In this document: in pieces, positions 48,388 to 62,215 of the stretch
Layout: each line of letters begins with the position of its first letter
Numbering within the stretch: the stretch's first letter is position 1
NCBI GenBank assembly: GCA_044892525.1
Contig: CM097885.1
Coordinates: 53,880,001 to 53,944,000, forward strand
Direction of reading: 5' to 3'
From: Schmidtea polychroa
Taxonomy: Eukaryota
DNA length: 64,000 nucleotides
The notes under the pieces: model-generated
Database searches by the model: none
Told to the model about the DNA's origin: nothing
What the model saw: the letters and a program-made list of their open reading frames with translations, nothing else
Translations under genes and position numbers: made by a program

Positions 48388-49560
48388 CACTGCAGCGCGA
48401 CAATCAGTAACCCCCCTCTACATAAATTCGTTTTTAAAAAATTGCTGCAAAGGGCCAATTGCTATGTAATGAAATGAGACTGCCAGATCGTCGCGCAGCT
48501 GTAATTAGCTGTGTAATGGAAGTTTTTTAATTACATCTGTTGAGTTAATGGGTTGGTGATAAATTTAAAATTCTTACTCTGACTCCAAGCGTGTCTTTGA
48601 CTGATCCACAAATAACACTTGACAACAGAAATCTTTATTGGTAATCACAAATAACTTTCACTTTACACTGACAATCAATTCAACACTCTGCTTGGTGACT
48701 ATACAATGCTTATTACAACACTCAGTGAGGAATAGCACTTGTGTATAACACCGGATTGAAAGATCACTAATTACTGATTGGTTTATCAATTGGGACTTTG
48801 AGCTGGTTGTTTTCTTTGACCTTCTTCACAACTTTTTTTCAAATAATCAAGTAACTTCTTTTCGTTTAATTTTTCAACTAATTCTTTTCTTCAAATCTTC
48901 TCTAACAATCATTCTTCACAATTATTTTCTTTAATTTATACCAGAGTGGCGCAGCATCCTCGCTCCAGCATGCGACTTATTCTGCTACAAATGGGCAAAT
49001 GCTTGTTTTCATTCGCAACACTACAATGAAGAGTCCTTCAATGATCTGTTTACCTCACTTAACAATATAAAATGTAAGAAGCAATGAAGTGTTTAAAGAC
49101 CATTGGTCAGTCGAGGAGTCATTAATTGACATTCCCAGATCTAAACAAATTGCTGAACGGGCTGTAAAATTGATGGAGGAACTTCATGCGAAATCGAGAA
49201 AAATTGAATTTTTGAAACAGGTTCATAGGAAAAAATATTTTTTAAACATTTCTTGTACATTTTGTACAGATTACTAACTGTTTTGTACCTTATTTCTTAA
49301 TAAAAGTTGCTTAGTTATTACTATTACTCTTTTGAATAAAGCTAAAAAAACATGTCCATGTTTTGAAAAAAATTATTTTTTCACTTTCTTCTTCCAAAAA
49401 GAAGGGGATCATTTTTAGAAAAATAAAAAATGCAATTTATATTCTTAAATTACACATAAACTTTCGTCGATTGCAAGTGGTTTCATAAAGAATTTCTTTG
49501 TTATTACTCTAATAAGAGGTTCTCTATACAATCCTCGCTATAAAAGCCTTTGCTGCAGTG
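48388..49560 (+). mobile_element. Deleted DNA transposon with CACTGCAGC termini
   Basis: CACTGCAGC...GCTGCAGTG 9-bp TIR, AC dinucleotide on both flanks, transposase-like remnant QIAERAVKLMEE. Confidence 0.45.
48538..48940 (-). repeat. LTR fragment related to 18128-18540
   Basis: Shared actccaagcgtgtct...acactctgct.ggtgactatacaatgctta sequence; begins TGTTG. Confidence 0.75.
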
Positions 49561-51259
49561 ACCCATAGGGTATTTCACACTATATTCAGGGGTCTGAATA
49601 AATTATAATTACACAAGATCCCAGCCTCGTTAAAAATGCCATGGTATTTTAACGGCCCAGAATTTTTTCAAAGCAAAATTCGACTGTCACTAAAAAGCCA
49701 AGGTATTTTATGGCCAAGAAATATTTTTTTACATGAAATATGATCCTCCTTTAAAAAGCCAAGATATTTTTAAGGTCCCGGGATTTTTTTGTATTGAATT
49801 TGTTTGATGACAGAGCCAGAGTCATCGAAAATTTTGAGCTCACAAAATATTATAGAACAGGAACTAACAAATACAGAGTCAATTTTTATGCGGAATGCAG
49901 ATAAAGAAAAATGGCAGAAGCAGATAATCCAATCCAATCATTCCAATTCAATCCCAATATTAAATCTATTCAATAAACAATTTGATTGTATTAATCGTGT
50001 TAACTTATATATAATATGTGATGAACAATTTATTGTAAATATCTTATTTATTGACGGTTTATTTATTTTGTGCTATGTACAATTATCGGCGAACACTTAA
50101 TTATAAATATATTGTAAAGGGGAAATTTTCTTTTAAATTTATGCGCGCATGAAAAATAATATAAATAGTGACCCAAAATCAGTAATGGTCGCCCAAACAT
50201 TTTACTGTTTCTACTGTAAACTAAAAGGGAAGATCCTTATTTGTTTTTAAGCTAGAACAGAACAAAAACAGGAACGTTCAAAGCTTCACAAGCAACATAA
50301 CACGCATATACAACAGATAACACACACCTTCCTTTCAGCGGAATCATTTGTGAACTGAACTTTTATTTGGTAATTTTTTGTATCTCAAAAATAATATTTT
50401 ACTAACTAGTCTTTATTTTCATATTTGATAGACCTATATAGTCATCAATGCGTCGTTGGGAATCTCAAAATAGTGAGACCTCAAAAAATTTATGGTCCGA
50501 TATTTCGAACAATCGATAACATTTGAGAAATGAAGGTAATAATTAAAAATTAAGTAAATTAAAGTAAATTCAGGCCTATATTGGCTATATCACCAAATAC
50601 TTCTAAACTTTTAAACATCAATATCCAACAAGCTATATCTCTTAATTAAAAGGTTTTCACACGCTGGATCTTTAAATGCTGTTTCAACAAGAACAAAAAG
50701 AACAATAAAGGATTTAAAGACTTTTATTCAAAATATCAAATAAAAAAAGACGACTTGTAACTTTTGGAAAAACTTCATCTGTGGGTTTTAATTTGGCAGG
50801 AACTCTCCCGCCCCGCGTACATATTTTCCAACTTTGGATCCCATCCCCCATCAGTGTGGATATCTTAAATGCCTTTTTAAAAATTATTATTAAATAAACA
50901 AATTTATAAAAATTTTAAATTGAATTTCCGTGCGTTAGTACGTTTCCGATTAAACAGATTGATCAGATTTATCACATTGTGATATTGATCAGATTAATAT
51001 TATTGAACTTTTTATAAATGTGTGTATTTAATAATAATTTAAAAAACTGAATTTTTTCTGACCTTTTTTACGATATAGGACCCCATAAATATTGTTGCGT
51101 TGGCCACCACAATTCTAAAGATAGCCCTGCTAAATTCTCAGTTTCGATCATCATAACATTCCTTGCGTGGAGCTATGTTATGATGTTTTAAGCCTTGGGG
51201 ACGACCCAATATCGTCTTCTCGACGACAAAACGTGCATTAATCTATAGGCTACTTATTA

Positions 51260-51341
<82 letters not shown>

Positions 51342-52455
51342 GAAACGTCATTATTTTATTGTTATTTCTTGCACTACATTATTTTAACATTGCATTAGTG
51401 ATAATGATATTGCAAACTCAAACTGAAATCCAGAAAATCTTTGTTGCATGCATTAATTATTGTATGGCATTTACGTGGTTGACCCAGATAAATTTGTTTG
51501 CAAGCAAAATGTAACGGCCCCTAATGTGCGTAAATACTTGTTTACAGAAGGAGAAACAGAGTCAGGCTTGCTTACAGGCATGTCATAATAGTACGAAATG
51601 CCTAATAGTACGTAACTATAAAGTTGAGTATTATCACCACTCACTAAGATCCAATTCGATTTTCTATCTACGCGGTCCTATTGGTCGGAGCCCTTTTGCC
51701 AAGGGCCGTTTTTCGACATGGCCGTTTTGTCCCAGGCCTTTTGACGGGGTACCGATGTATTAACTGTACTTTGTTTTTATTAAATATCTTTTGTTCGGTT
51801 TCATTTTTATAAATCATGTTTGTTTCATAGCTCATACTTTAAAAGTTAAAATATTTCTAGTTTTACTAATGATTGTTCTAATAAAAATTGATTAGTAATT
51901 TTTCCACTTCCCTTCTTCTCAAATCTAAAATCTAGCACTTGCAGTCATTTTATTAAACTAAAAGTTTAATGTGGTACTTAAATCTTAAAAGGATAACGAA
52001 CCCTGAATTAAAATATATATAATATATATCTGTCCCAGTGGGCCCATAGTTTTAAAGTCGATTGAAAAAATCAATAAATTTAGATTGATCTATATAAAAA
52101 CTTTTCATAAAAGTTCCTTAAAATCATAAAATTTACGTGACCTACATAAAATACTAGCAATTTTAGGGAAAAGGCAAAAATCATGTGCAAAGGGGGATTG
52201 GCTCAGTGAATCCAAATCCCCCAACTGGAATCTAAATGAAAATAAATGAAATTATAAAGAAAAATATTCATAAAAATTTCAAATGAAATACCAAAATATA
52301 AAATGGAGATTAATATTAATTTTTTTCATTAATTTCTAAAATCTCATTGTGACACACTTAAGGTTTCTCGAAGCACAAAGTTTATCTGTTATCCCTAACT
52401 GTATGTTGTTTCCGAAAGCTTTTCATATTCATTAAAGTAGTCCGATATGTAACAT

Positions 52456-52968
52456 TTATTCAGATGGTGGCACGTACCGATAGTTCACAAATGGCAATGA
52501 ACTGTAGTAATCGACATTTAAATCAACAAGACCGGTTCTCGTTTGTTTTTCAACTTTATCATAAATCCATCTTTCCAAGCATTTTAGGGTGACTGGTTGG
52601 AAATTCTCATGGAATTTATTGGCAAAGAGATGTGGAGCATTAACCAATTTCGGTAAATCACCGACTCCCCAAATACAAATTTCTCGAACAATGAATTTAC
52701 TTTCGCATCTATATTGACCCCAGTTTTTGTATCTAGTGATAAAGTATCCCAAACGATCGTGTTGTGGTTGGTTTTCATCAGGATTTCCGATAAATGAGCC
52801 AGGAATTCTAAATTGAGGATTGTAATTTAAAGTTGAAAAGAAAGTTTCATCTGGAATTTTTTGGCCTTTCAATGAATCAAGTATAATTTTCGATTTTGGC
52901 GACTCAAATATGAAAGAGACGAATTCGAAATTAACAGTGATATGAACTGATCCAGTGTACCAGATTAT
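52456..52968 (-). CDS. Terminal exon of a host core-2/I-branching beta-1,6-N-acetylglucosaminyltransferase (GT14)
   Basis: AG acceptor at 52970-52969; WYTGS, IPDETFFSTL, TRYKNW..C....VREICIWGVGDL, HLFANKF, CLERW. Confidence 0.88.
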   Translation of the reverse strand: MIWYTGSVHITVNFEFVSFIFESPKSKIILDSLKGQKIPDETFFSTLNYNPQFRIPGSFIGNPDENQPQHDRLGYFITRYKNWGQYRCESKFIVREICIWGVGDLPKLVNAPHLFANKFHENFQPVTLKCLERWIYDKVEKQTRTGLVDLNVDYYSSLPFVNYRYVPPSE

Positions 52969-53062
52969 CTAAATAATAATAGAATTACTAACAATAACAT
53001 TATATTTTATATTAAATTATCAAAGTACATGAAATAAAGATAATTGAGAAATTTATAAGTAA

Positions 53063-54080
53063 TGTTAAGATCGAAAAACGGGGATTACAGATCTGAACAC
53101 AATGACTCCAATAATTGAATAAATAGATATGATAAATAAAAATAAGTATAAATATATTATATTTAATGTGGTTGCGCGTATAAGTTTAATATGATGAATG
53201 AAAAACAAACTCCTTTCTTTTTATAAAACTTTATTTGTCAATTTACAAAATAATAATTAACAATTATTGTACAGAGATATAAGATAACGGATTTATTAAT
53301 CCTTGCTGTTTATCTCATCCTGCAAGAGATCGATGGCTCCTGTGTAGCACAACGATCGCAAAGTAGATAAAAGAGTTGAGCAAGCAAGAGGGAATGATTT
53401 TGGAGCTCCCAGGGAATACGAAAGTAAGATATCAATACTTTGTATTCGCTTTATTTACTCTCAACAGGATAATAATTTATCCCTTAAAACCCATAATTTT
53501 ACCTTGTTTGAAAATAACAATGACTCGAAACTGTTATTCCTTGAACGATAACACAATTGAAATCTTCTGCTCTAACCAAATTTAATTTCTTCTCTCACTC
53601 TCTCTGATTCGGAATTGTTCTCGTTAGCAATTTATATTAAAATCAAACTGTTGTAATTTGAATCGAAACTTGAGTTGAATTCTTCGTATCTAATTTGAAC
53701 AGATCGACACTTGAGTTAATTAATATTTTCTCGGTGATTATCTAATCACGTTTTTCGCACTAGTAGTCAGTTTATTCTCAAAATGATTTTCTCCAAAATT
53801 TCTGCGTTCTCAATTTATCCGTCTCCCCACTGGTTCTCGTTTTGAACCAGTATTTATATTATGTTATAATTATTTATTATATTAATAGTAATTTTATAAT
53901 TACTATATTTAGTATTAGTAACACTAGTTGTTACCAATTATAGATTATTTATTATTTATAGTATTTAAATATGTCTAAACTTTATTTTTGGTAATTCTTT
54001 ATTGTTTTAATTTACACCAATTCTAATTTTAGTAATTTTTTATTTATTTTACCATTAAGGCTCCAGGCCTATCACTAACA
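53063..54080. mobile_element. Solo LTR
   Basis: TGTTA...TAACA termini with 4-bp TSD GTAA (53059-53062 / 54081-54084). Confidence 0.75.
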
Positions 54081-55399
54081 GTAACATTCTTTTTAATTTT
54101 TAATTATTATTTGAATTTTAACTTTATGATGATTAGAAGTTTAATATTGTACATTAACTTAATGTTAACTTAATTAATTAAACTTAATTAGCAATTTAAC
54201 TAAATTTGAAACAATTGCATAAATCGAAATACTGCTACCATGAATATTAGACAAAAATTCAAATCAATAGATAAATTTATTTAAAATACTTTTAATAATA
54301 AACATGACGAATATTTCTTCGATAATGAATTAACTTCTGTTTATGTAAAATACTCTTGTTCTTCAATTTCGTCATCTTCTTAATCTTCATTAATTATTTC
54401 TTACAATGCTCGAAATCTATTGTAATTCTTTGTAACTTTTTAATTATTCATTCGTTTCCATTAATTTTGTTTGTGCAGAATCTTTGAATGTGCCCAAATT
54501 GGTTGCGTCGAAAACATTCTATTTGTTCCTTTTCAGATTTCGTTTATTATAGCCTGTTTGATTATATTGATAACATCTAATCACTATCGACTGTGGTTTT
54601 TACCATTAGTTGTTTTATTTCTTTCGATCTTTCTGAAATAATTCTCCTTTCTAATTTCCTGATCGTCTTCCTCCTTAATTGAGACAATTGTTTCATCGAT
54701 TGATTTTATCTGTAAGTAATTCAGGGCTTCAGGAATAATTTTTGAAGCGAAATTGTTCATGAAAAATTATAAAAAAATACTTTTGGTGTCCAATTTCAAT
54801 TTCTTTACTTCAATTTTAATTCTAGTAGTGAATTCCACAGTTTTCTCTGAATTTTCTTGTACTATATTCTTTAATTTTCGAATTTTCTTAATCTTTCTAA
54901 TTTCCTCTGAGCATATTTTTAAAGCTCTATTGAAATAATACTTTTAGTTTTATCCTATCCTATAAATTCCATTTCATCAAGCAACTTTTTATTGAAATAA
55001 CTTTTAAAGAAATCAATTTTCAAATCTTATTCCCAATGTTTATTTGAGGTTCAAGATTTTTTTAATATTCTTTAAATGATCTTCAATTTCTATTGACCTG
55101 TTTCTTAAATTTTGCAAGGTTTCTAATTTTTTTGGCAGTATAATTTTTGTCAAACAACTTGCTAGTGACATCATGTAAAAGTTAGTGTAAATCAACAACT
55201 GATTATACAAGGATATTTCAACATGATCACATCATGTTCGCAAACTATCCTTACATAATAATTACTATGAAATATGTAAACATGTGAATTCAAGGTCATT
55301 CACATATTTGACATCGTATATTACAAATACACATCATGTTTCAAATAAATTTTCATGTACTCTAATAACTTTCCAAAATGTGATTTATTTTCATATCAG

Positions 55400-58300
55400 T
55401 GTGTTTTATTGTATTCCTCGTCTATGTCAACTCCCAAATTGTTGATGAAGGAGTTGGTGACTGTAATACTTCAAGATTAGATGCAAAATCAAATTCAAAA
55501 ATCCTTTTTGTTTCGATTATAGATCCTTATAGAAGAAGATGCCATAAAGGAAGTAGATTGCATTGCAGAGAAAGATGCAGAAAAGTCAATAGAGTGGTAC
55601 ACCGATGAGATTACGAAATTACTGAGTGAAAAGAAGTCAAAAACGTCGGTTATAGTCGATATATTAAATGATACAATACAAGAAAGATAAAGTTAAATAT
55701 TTCAATCGGACCTATATTAACGAGTCATGTTTTTGACATTATGCCTAATATATTTCCACATATTTATATAAGACTCAGAAGCTTGAAGAAATATGGAATT
55801 ATTATTGATGCAACAAATGACGGAATTGAATTGCAAGGGATTAAGATTCCATTTTTATCTATGACAATTCCTCTTTCATCTTTAAACGAATGAAAACCGT
55901 GCTGGGGAGTTGGAGTGCGGTTGTGAGGAGAGATGAGGCTCAGCGAGATTATTATTATAGTTATTTTATCGATTAATATAGAAATGAGCAATGCTGGTGA
56001 ATATTTCATTAAAGGTATTGAAAAAAATTGATGATTTCAAGGAGATTTGTATATTTAATGGAGAAAGATCGAGGATGGCAGATCGCGACATTTTGATAAG
56101 TGACTGGTACAAAGTGAAAATGCGTATATATTAGTAAAGATATGTATGTTAGATGGAGGTTCCAAAACTCTTCATACAGGAACCGGCTTGGGATATGTAG
56201 AAAAATGGAACGAATTTATTAGTGAATAAAATGGCACAGTGAATAAACTCACGAAGGATGAAAAACTAAATGACAAGAAGGCAATAGAAGCAATATTAGA
56301 CAAAATTAAGGAAGGATTGTGTTCAGATATTAATGAGCATGATAAGCTTGAGTTGATGAAAACACTAAAAAGTAATGAAGATATTTTCAGTAAATACAAG
56401 ATGGACATCGGAAAATCTGATGAAGTGAAACATTACATTGATACCAGATATGCAAGACCAATAGCGTTTAAGCCACGAAGGGTTGCGATAGGATTAGAAG
56501 AAGAGGTTGATCATATGGTAAAAGATTTATTAGATGCAGGTATAATTAGATCAAGTTCATCACCATGGAATTTTCCTATAGTTGTGGTATAAAAGAAAAA
56601 TGGGGATATAAGAATGTGTGTCAATTATCGAGCACTTAATTCTAAGACGGCTAGACCGATTTTCCCAATACCAGTTGCAGACGAGTTATTTGATACCATT
56701 GGTGGGGCCAGGTATTTTACTACGCAATTTTATCTAGTGGGTATTATCAAGTACCAATGGACGAAAATGATATACAGAAAACGACTTTTAGTACAAAGTA
56801 TGGGCAATTTGAGTTCAAAAGAATGCCTTTCAGACTTTGTTCAGCTCCTGTTACATTTCAAAAACTCATGAACATGGTTCTAAGGAAGAAAAATTGGATT
56901 AATTGCGTCGTGTATCTGGATGACGTGCTGATTTTTGGAACAACAATAGAAGAACATAATGAACGACTTCATAGGGTGCTAGGGCGCCTCAGAGAATCTG
57001 GACTTAAATTATCGCCCTATAAGTGTGTATTTTTAAAGACAGAGGTTAGCTATTTAGGTCATATCCTAAATAAAGGTGTTAAAACAGATCCAGAGAAAAT
57101 CAAAAGTATCAGTTCATGCGAAATCCCAGCATGTAAAAAAGAGTTGCTGTCGTTCTTGGGATTTTGCAATTACTATAGACGTTTTATTAATAGTTATGCA
57201 GAGACATCATGATAAATTGAGTGCGATGCTAAAAAATGAAAGCAGTTTCCAGTGGAATGAGGATAGAAAAGCAGTGTTTTATGAACTAAAGCGGTTATTG
57301 TTCTCTCCGCCATTGTTGGCATTACCAAGAAAGAAAGGGCAGTATATTTTAGACACTGATGCATCACATAATAGCATTGGAGCTATCTTGTCGCAGATAC
57401 AAGAAGGCGAGGAAAGAGTACTATGTTATGCGTCAATAACTATGAGTAAGTGTGAGAGACAATATTGCATAACAAGGAAAGAACTACTGACAATTTATAC
57501 ATTTGTGTAAAAATTTAAGCATTATCTGCTTGGATCCAAATTAATAGTAAGGACTGATCACCAAGCATTGAAGTGGCTTTTGAATTGGGATAGCCCAAAT
57601 ACATCTCAATATTGTGTTTGGGATAGCTGAATTGGAAATTTTTGACATGGTTGTCGAATATAGGAGAGGCAGTGAGCATGTTAACGCTGATGCAATGTCA
57701 CGATTATCAACATGTGAAGAATGTATGATCACCCATGGTGACCCTAAGAAACGGAGAAATGTCAAAGTATACAAGGATGAAGAGGTTGAAGAAAATGACC
57801 ATGAATCTGAAAGGACAATGAATCAAATAGTCAAGAAAGAGGATGATTGGGGACAAGGCAATGAGGCAGATATTCGGTTTATAATTAATTTGATGGAGAA
57901 AGGTGATTATTTAACTGAAGAAAGACCAAGTAATTTAAAGAATGGCAATAAAGAACTAAAAGAATTATGGGCTCTTAGAACACATTGGAGATTGCGAGGT
58001 GGTTTACTATATTTATGACGGGATGATAAATATTTATTAGTGGTACAAAAAACGGAAAGGGATTCCATCATTAGACAGTTTCATTCATGTTTAGGGCATA
58101 CAGATATTGAAAAGACAATTGGAGCCATTAAAAATGAATTTTATTGGTCAGCCATGGATAAAGAGATACGGGAAGTTATTGTAACTTGTAAGGAATGTTT
58201 GCATAATAAGAACTTAAACTGACGAGTCAAAGCACCTTCACAAAACATTGTGGGTGAAAGACCTTTCCAGGTTATTGGAATCGACATAACAGGTCCCTTT

Positions 58301-59236
58301 AAAGCAACAACTGGGGGTTACAGATATATACTTGGAATTATCAATTATTTCTGGTAGTATATAAGTTTAATACCAATAGCAACGACAGAAGCACCGAAGG
58401 TTGCACAAGAACTAGGGAGAAACTGGATATAAAAATTCGGTGTCCCAGAGAGAATACACTTAGATTGTGGAAGTAACTTTCAATCACAATTTTTTCTCGA
58501 ATACTGTAAAATCTTGGGTATTCAAAAAACCTTCACTTCACGATATTATCCTCAAAGTGATGGTTTGGTGGAAAGATTGCTTGAAGCGGCTAAAAGTATG
58601 ATAAACGTGGTGTTGGAAGAAAGGAAGACGGGGGATTGGAGCATGATTCTACCAACCATAGAATTTGGGCTAAGAACCACTAAACAGAAAACCACAATCA
58701 TCATAAAATTCCCCATACGAGATTGTATTCGGAAAGAATGCAAGACTTCCAATCGGACCGACACGAGTACTTGGAGAGAGAGTTACAAATTATAGAACAA
58801 CTACAGACAGATATACAGACAATTCAAGAGAAAGTTAGACGTATTACTGAAGAAAGTATGAAGAAAACTACAGAAAGACATAATTTAAATCGATGGAATA
58901 AGGAAGCACGGATTGGAGACCTAGTGATGGTTAGAAACAAAGACAGAAAAGGTTTTGAAAGGAAATTCGTAGGCATATTTATTATTCAGGAAATCATAAA
59001 CAAATGGACATTTATATTATATAGTGATAAATTAAGGAAGACAATAAGAAGAAACTTCATTCAAATTAAAGTAATCAAGGACATAGGTAAGAAATTCGAG
59101 ATATATAGTATTACAAAGAAAAACAAATATTTGGTCTAGAAAATCAAGCGTAAAAACAAAAGAGAGAAAGATTTTTCCAAAGAGAGAGACAAGAAATCAA
59201 AACACACGATACCGTTTCGATTGTCGGGGAGAGGGA
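55400..59236 (+). pseudogene. Degenerate Gypsy pol (RT, RNase H, IN) ending at a PPT; LTR starts TG at 59237
   Basis: SPWNFPIVVV, VYLDD, DTDAS, TDH, GIDITGP, YYPQSDGLVER; GGGGAGAGGGA before TGTT. Left boundary approximate. Confidence 0.88.
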
Positions 59237-59246
59237 TGTTATATGG

Positions 59247-61840
59247 CAGGGATGGCAATTACATGGCACGCGTGCCAAACTTGGCACGCAGACAAAAAAC
59301 TTCTGGCACTCTAAGAAATTTAAAAAAAGAAGTAGAAAAAATTCTTATTATAAAATAATTACTGCTTTTTAAAAAAAATTTGGACCTAAAATTTTAATCA
59401 ACGGATTTGAATTGAATTCTATATTTTTTTCTCTAGTTGGCTTTGCGTTATTAAATAACGCAATTAATTATTAAATTTAGTTTATTTTGGCACTTTGATA
59501 AAAATCTATTTGCAAAATTACGGTTATTTTGTACATACGTATATGGTTGTGTTATAATTCTTGTATATTCTTACATCAGTTTTTAGTTTTGTTTTAACTT
59601 GTGCAGTTCAATAAAATTTGTGTTTAATTTTAAATAAAATTTATTTTTTGCTGAATTAAAATGGTACCAAAAAAACCAAAACTACAAGATATTCGTAGCT
59701 TTGTACTCTCTTGGACTGCTGATTACGGTTTTGTTAAACATGGAGATAAAAGTCGGTGCGGTCTGTGCTCTGAAATTATTGTATGTCGAACGTCTTCTAT
59801 TAAGCGACATTTTGAAACCAACCATAAAGAAATTGCCGAAAAAAATATTGAAGAAAGAAAAGAACTAATTTCTCAACGATTAAAGATAGCTGAAAATCAA
59901 TCGAATTCATTATCAAAATTTGTAAAAACCAACAGCAATGTTACAGAAGCTAGTTTTGAAATTTCTTATTTGATTGCTAAGCAATCAAAACCATTTTCTG
60001 ATGGAGAGTTTGTAAAAACGGTTATGTTAAAAGCGGCCGAAAGTTTGTTTCAAGATTTTAATAATAAAGAAAAGATTATTCAAAGAATTCGAGAAGTCCA
60101 GCTAAGCCGAAATTCAGTTAAAGATAGAATTTTAAAAATAAGTGCGAATATTTCTGATCAACTTTACAACGATGTTAATAGCTGTGACTACATTTCAATT
60201 TGCCTCGATGAATCAACAGATATTAAGTCATCTGCCCGATTAGCAATCATTGCACGTTATCCGAAAGATAATGAAATGCACGAAGAACTTTTAAAATTAG
60301 CAAATATCCCAGAAAGAACAAGAGGTAGTGATATTTGTGAAGTTGTATTCAATGAATTAAACAAACTTAAAATAAATATTAAAAAAATCATTTCTGTAAC
60401 GACAGATGGAGCTCCTAATATGACTGGACCAGAGATAGGTTTTGTTAATTTATTTCAAAACCTAGTTGGTCATCCAATAATAGGCTTTCATTGCATTATT
60501 CATCAGCAAGTTCTTTGTGCAAAATTCGGAACTAGCGATTTCAAAGAAATATCAGAACAAGTTAATAAAATCATAAATTTTGTAGTTGCACGCGACATGC
60601 ATAAAAGACAATTTAAAAAACTTTTAAATGATATGGATTGCGAATACGATACTCTCTTAATGTGCAATAGTGTACGTTGGCTAAGTCGAGCGACATCCTT
60701 AGAACGATTTGTGAATTGCTTGGAAGAAATTCGACTTTTTTTACACGAATTCGACAGGGATCGTTTTAAAGAATTATATGATACAGAATGGTTAACAAAA
60801 TTAATGTTTTTTACCGACGTAACATTACATTTAAACGTTCTTAATAAAAAATTGCAAGGACGAGGAAAAACAATTGAAGTTATGTTTGGATTGATAAAGG
60901 GGTTTGAAATTAAATTAGATATTTTTGCTAGAGATATCGCATCTGGAAAACATAATAATTTTCCGAAACTTAAAAGTTTTTTAAATGAATCTACAATTTT
61001 CAAAAAAACTAATTGGAATTTTAATTACGAATTTTCTAAAGTTCTTGAAACTATAAAAGAACAATTTTCAAATCGATTTAAAGATTTTAAAAGAATTGAT
61101 AGGCTGTTGAAAATTGTAAATTATCAGAACTTATTCGATATACAGGATTTCGATTACAACCTTATTAATTGGATGAAATTAGAAAATTTAGAAATGCAGA
61201 CAGTAGATTTGCAATCTAATCCTATTTGGACACAAAAATTTGTGAATATGCGAAAAAATATAGAAGAATTGGAATATCATCGATTGTCACAGGATGGAGA
61301 GTCGGAATGCCGCATTGAAAACTTGATATTGGAAGTGTGGAATAGTATGCCAGAAGCATTTGCTTCTGTAAAAAAATTAGCAATCGCAATGTTAACCATT
61401 TTCGCATCCACTTATTACTGTGAGAGTCTTTTTTCTGTACTTAATCATGTACTATCAAAGACAAGAAACAGATTAACAGAAGAAGACTCAGCAGCTTGTA
61501 TTACCTTACAATCGACAACATACCATCCTGATATTAAAAACCTTGCAAGTAATATGAAGCAAAAAACTTCTAACAAAATTTAAGAATTTTTTATTAAATT
61601 TATTATTAAACTTTATAATTTTTTTTACTATTTCTTTATATTGAATAAATATTATCACATGAACTCAAATATTGAAATTTATTTCTGTTTTCCTGTGAAT
61701 AAAAAAATGAATAAAAAAATGAATAAAAAATGTATATATAGGTACATATAACAAATAAAAGTTACGAGGGCACGCGAAAAAAATTGAATTTAAATTTAGT
61801 TTATTTTGGCACTTTGATAAAAACCTATTTGCCATCCCTG
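59247..61840 (+). mobile_element. Buster/SPIN-type hAT transposon, apparently intact
   Basis: 12-bp TIR CAGGGATGGCAA, 8-bp TSD TTATATGG (59239-59246 / 61841-61848). Confidence 0.96.
59661..61583 (+). CDS. hAT transposase (GTF2IRD2/SPIN-like), 640 aa
   Basis: CGLC...KRHFETNH, LDESTD, TTDGA, HCIIH, VRWLS, STYYCESLFS. Confidence 0.95.
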   Translation: MVPKKPKLQDIRSFVLSWTADYGFVKHGDKSRCGLCSEIIVCRTSSIKRHFETNHKEIAEKNIEERKELISQRLKIAENQSNSLSKFVKTNSNVTEASFEISYLIAKQSKPFSDGEFVKTVMLKAAESLFQDFNNKEKIIQRIREVQLSRNSVKDRILKISANISDQLYNDVNSCDYISICLDESTDIKSSARLAIIARYPKDNEMHEELLKLANIPERTRGSDICEVVFNELNKLKINIKKIISVTTDGAPNMTGPEIGFVNLFQNLVGHPIIGFHCIIHQQVLCAKFGTSDFKEISEQVNKIINFVVARDMHKRQFKKLLNDMDCEYDTLLMCNSVRWLSRATSLERFVNCLEEIRLFLHEFDRDRFKELYDTEWLTKLMFFTDVTLHLNVLNKKLQGRGKTIEVMFGLIKGFEIKLDIFARDIASGKHNNFPKLKSFLNESTIFKKTNWNFNYEFSKVLETIKEQFSNRFKDFKRIDRLLKIVNYQNLFDIQDFDYNLINWMKLENLEMQTVDLQSNPIWTQKFVNMRKNIEELEYHRLSQDGESECRIENLILEVWNSMPEAFASVKKLAIAMLTIFASTYYCESLFSVLNHVLSKTRNRLTEEDSAACITLQSTTYHPDIKNLASNMKQKTSNKI

Positions 61841-62215
61841 TTATATGGATTATTTAATTCATATATTATAATTTAAAAGTTGTTATTGTAAAGAATTTAA
61901 AATTAACATAATTTTAAATTGTTTCAGTAATACTTATTTATTGAAATACATATTTTGAACTATTTCTTATATTATAATTTTATAGGAAGCTGCAAGCATT
62001 CACATACATATACACACGCATATATATATATATATATATATATTATTTATTATTATTATTATTATTATAAAGTGATGAGTACTGGATAGCAGCATTAATT
62101 AAATTTTAAAACAATTAAATGATAATTAAAGCCTTTTGCTGCGATTAATATATTTAGTAAAAATGAAGATATTTTCTACTATAAGATAGTTGTTTTCAAT
62201 TTCATGGAAATTAGC

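Noticed and set aside
54300..55130. Decayed coding-like sequence on the minus strand
   Set aside because: Many stops and no identifiable motif.
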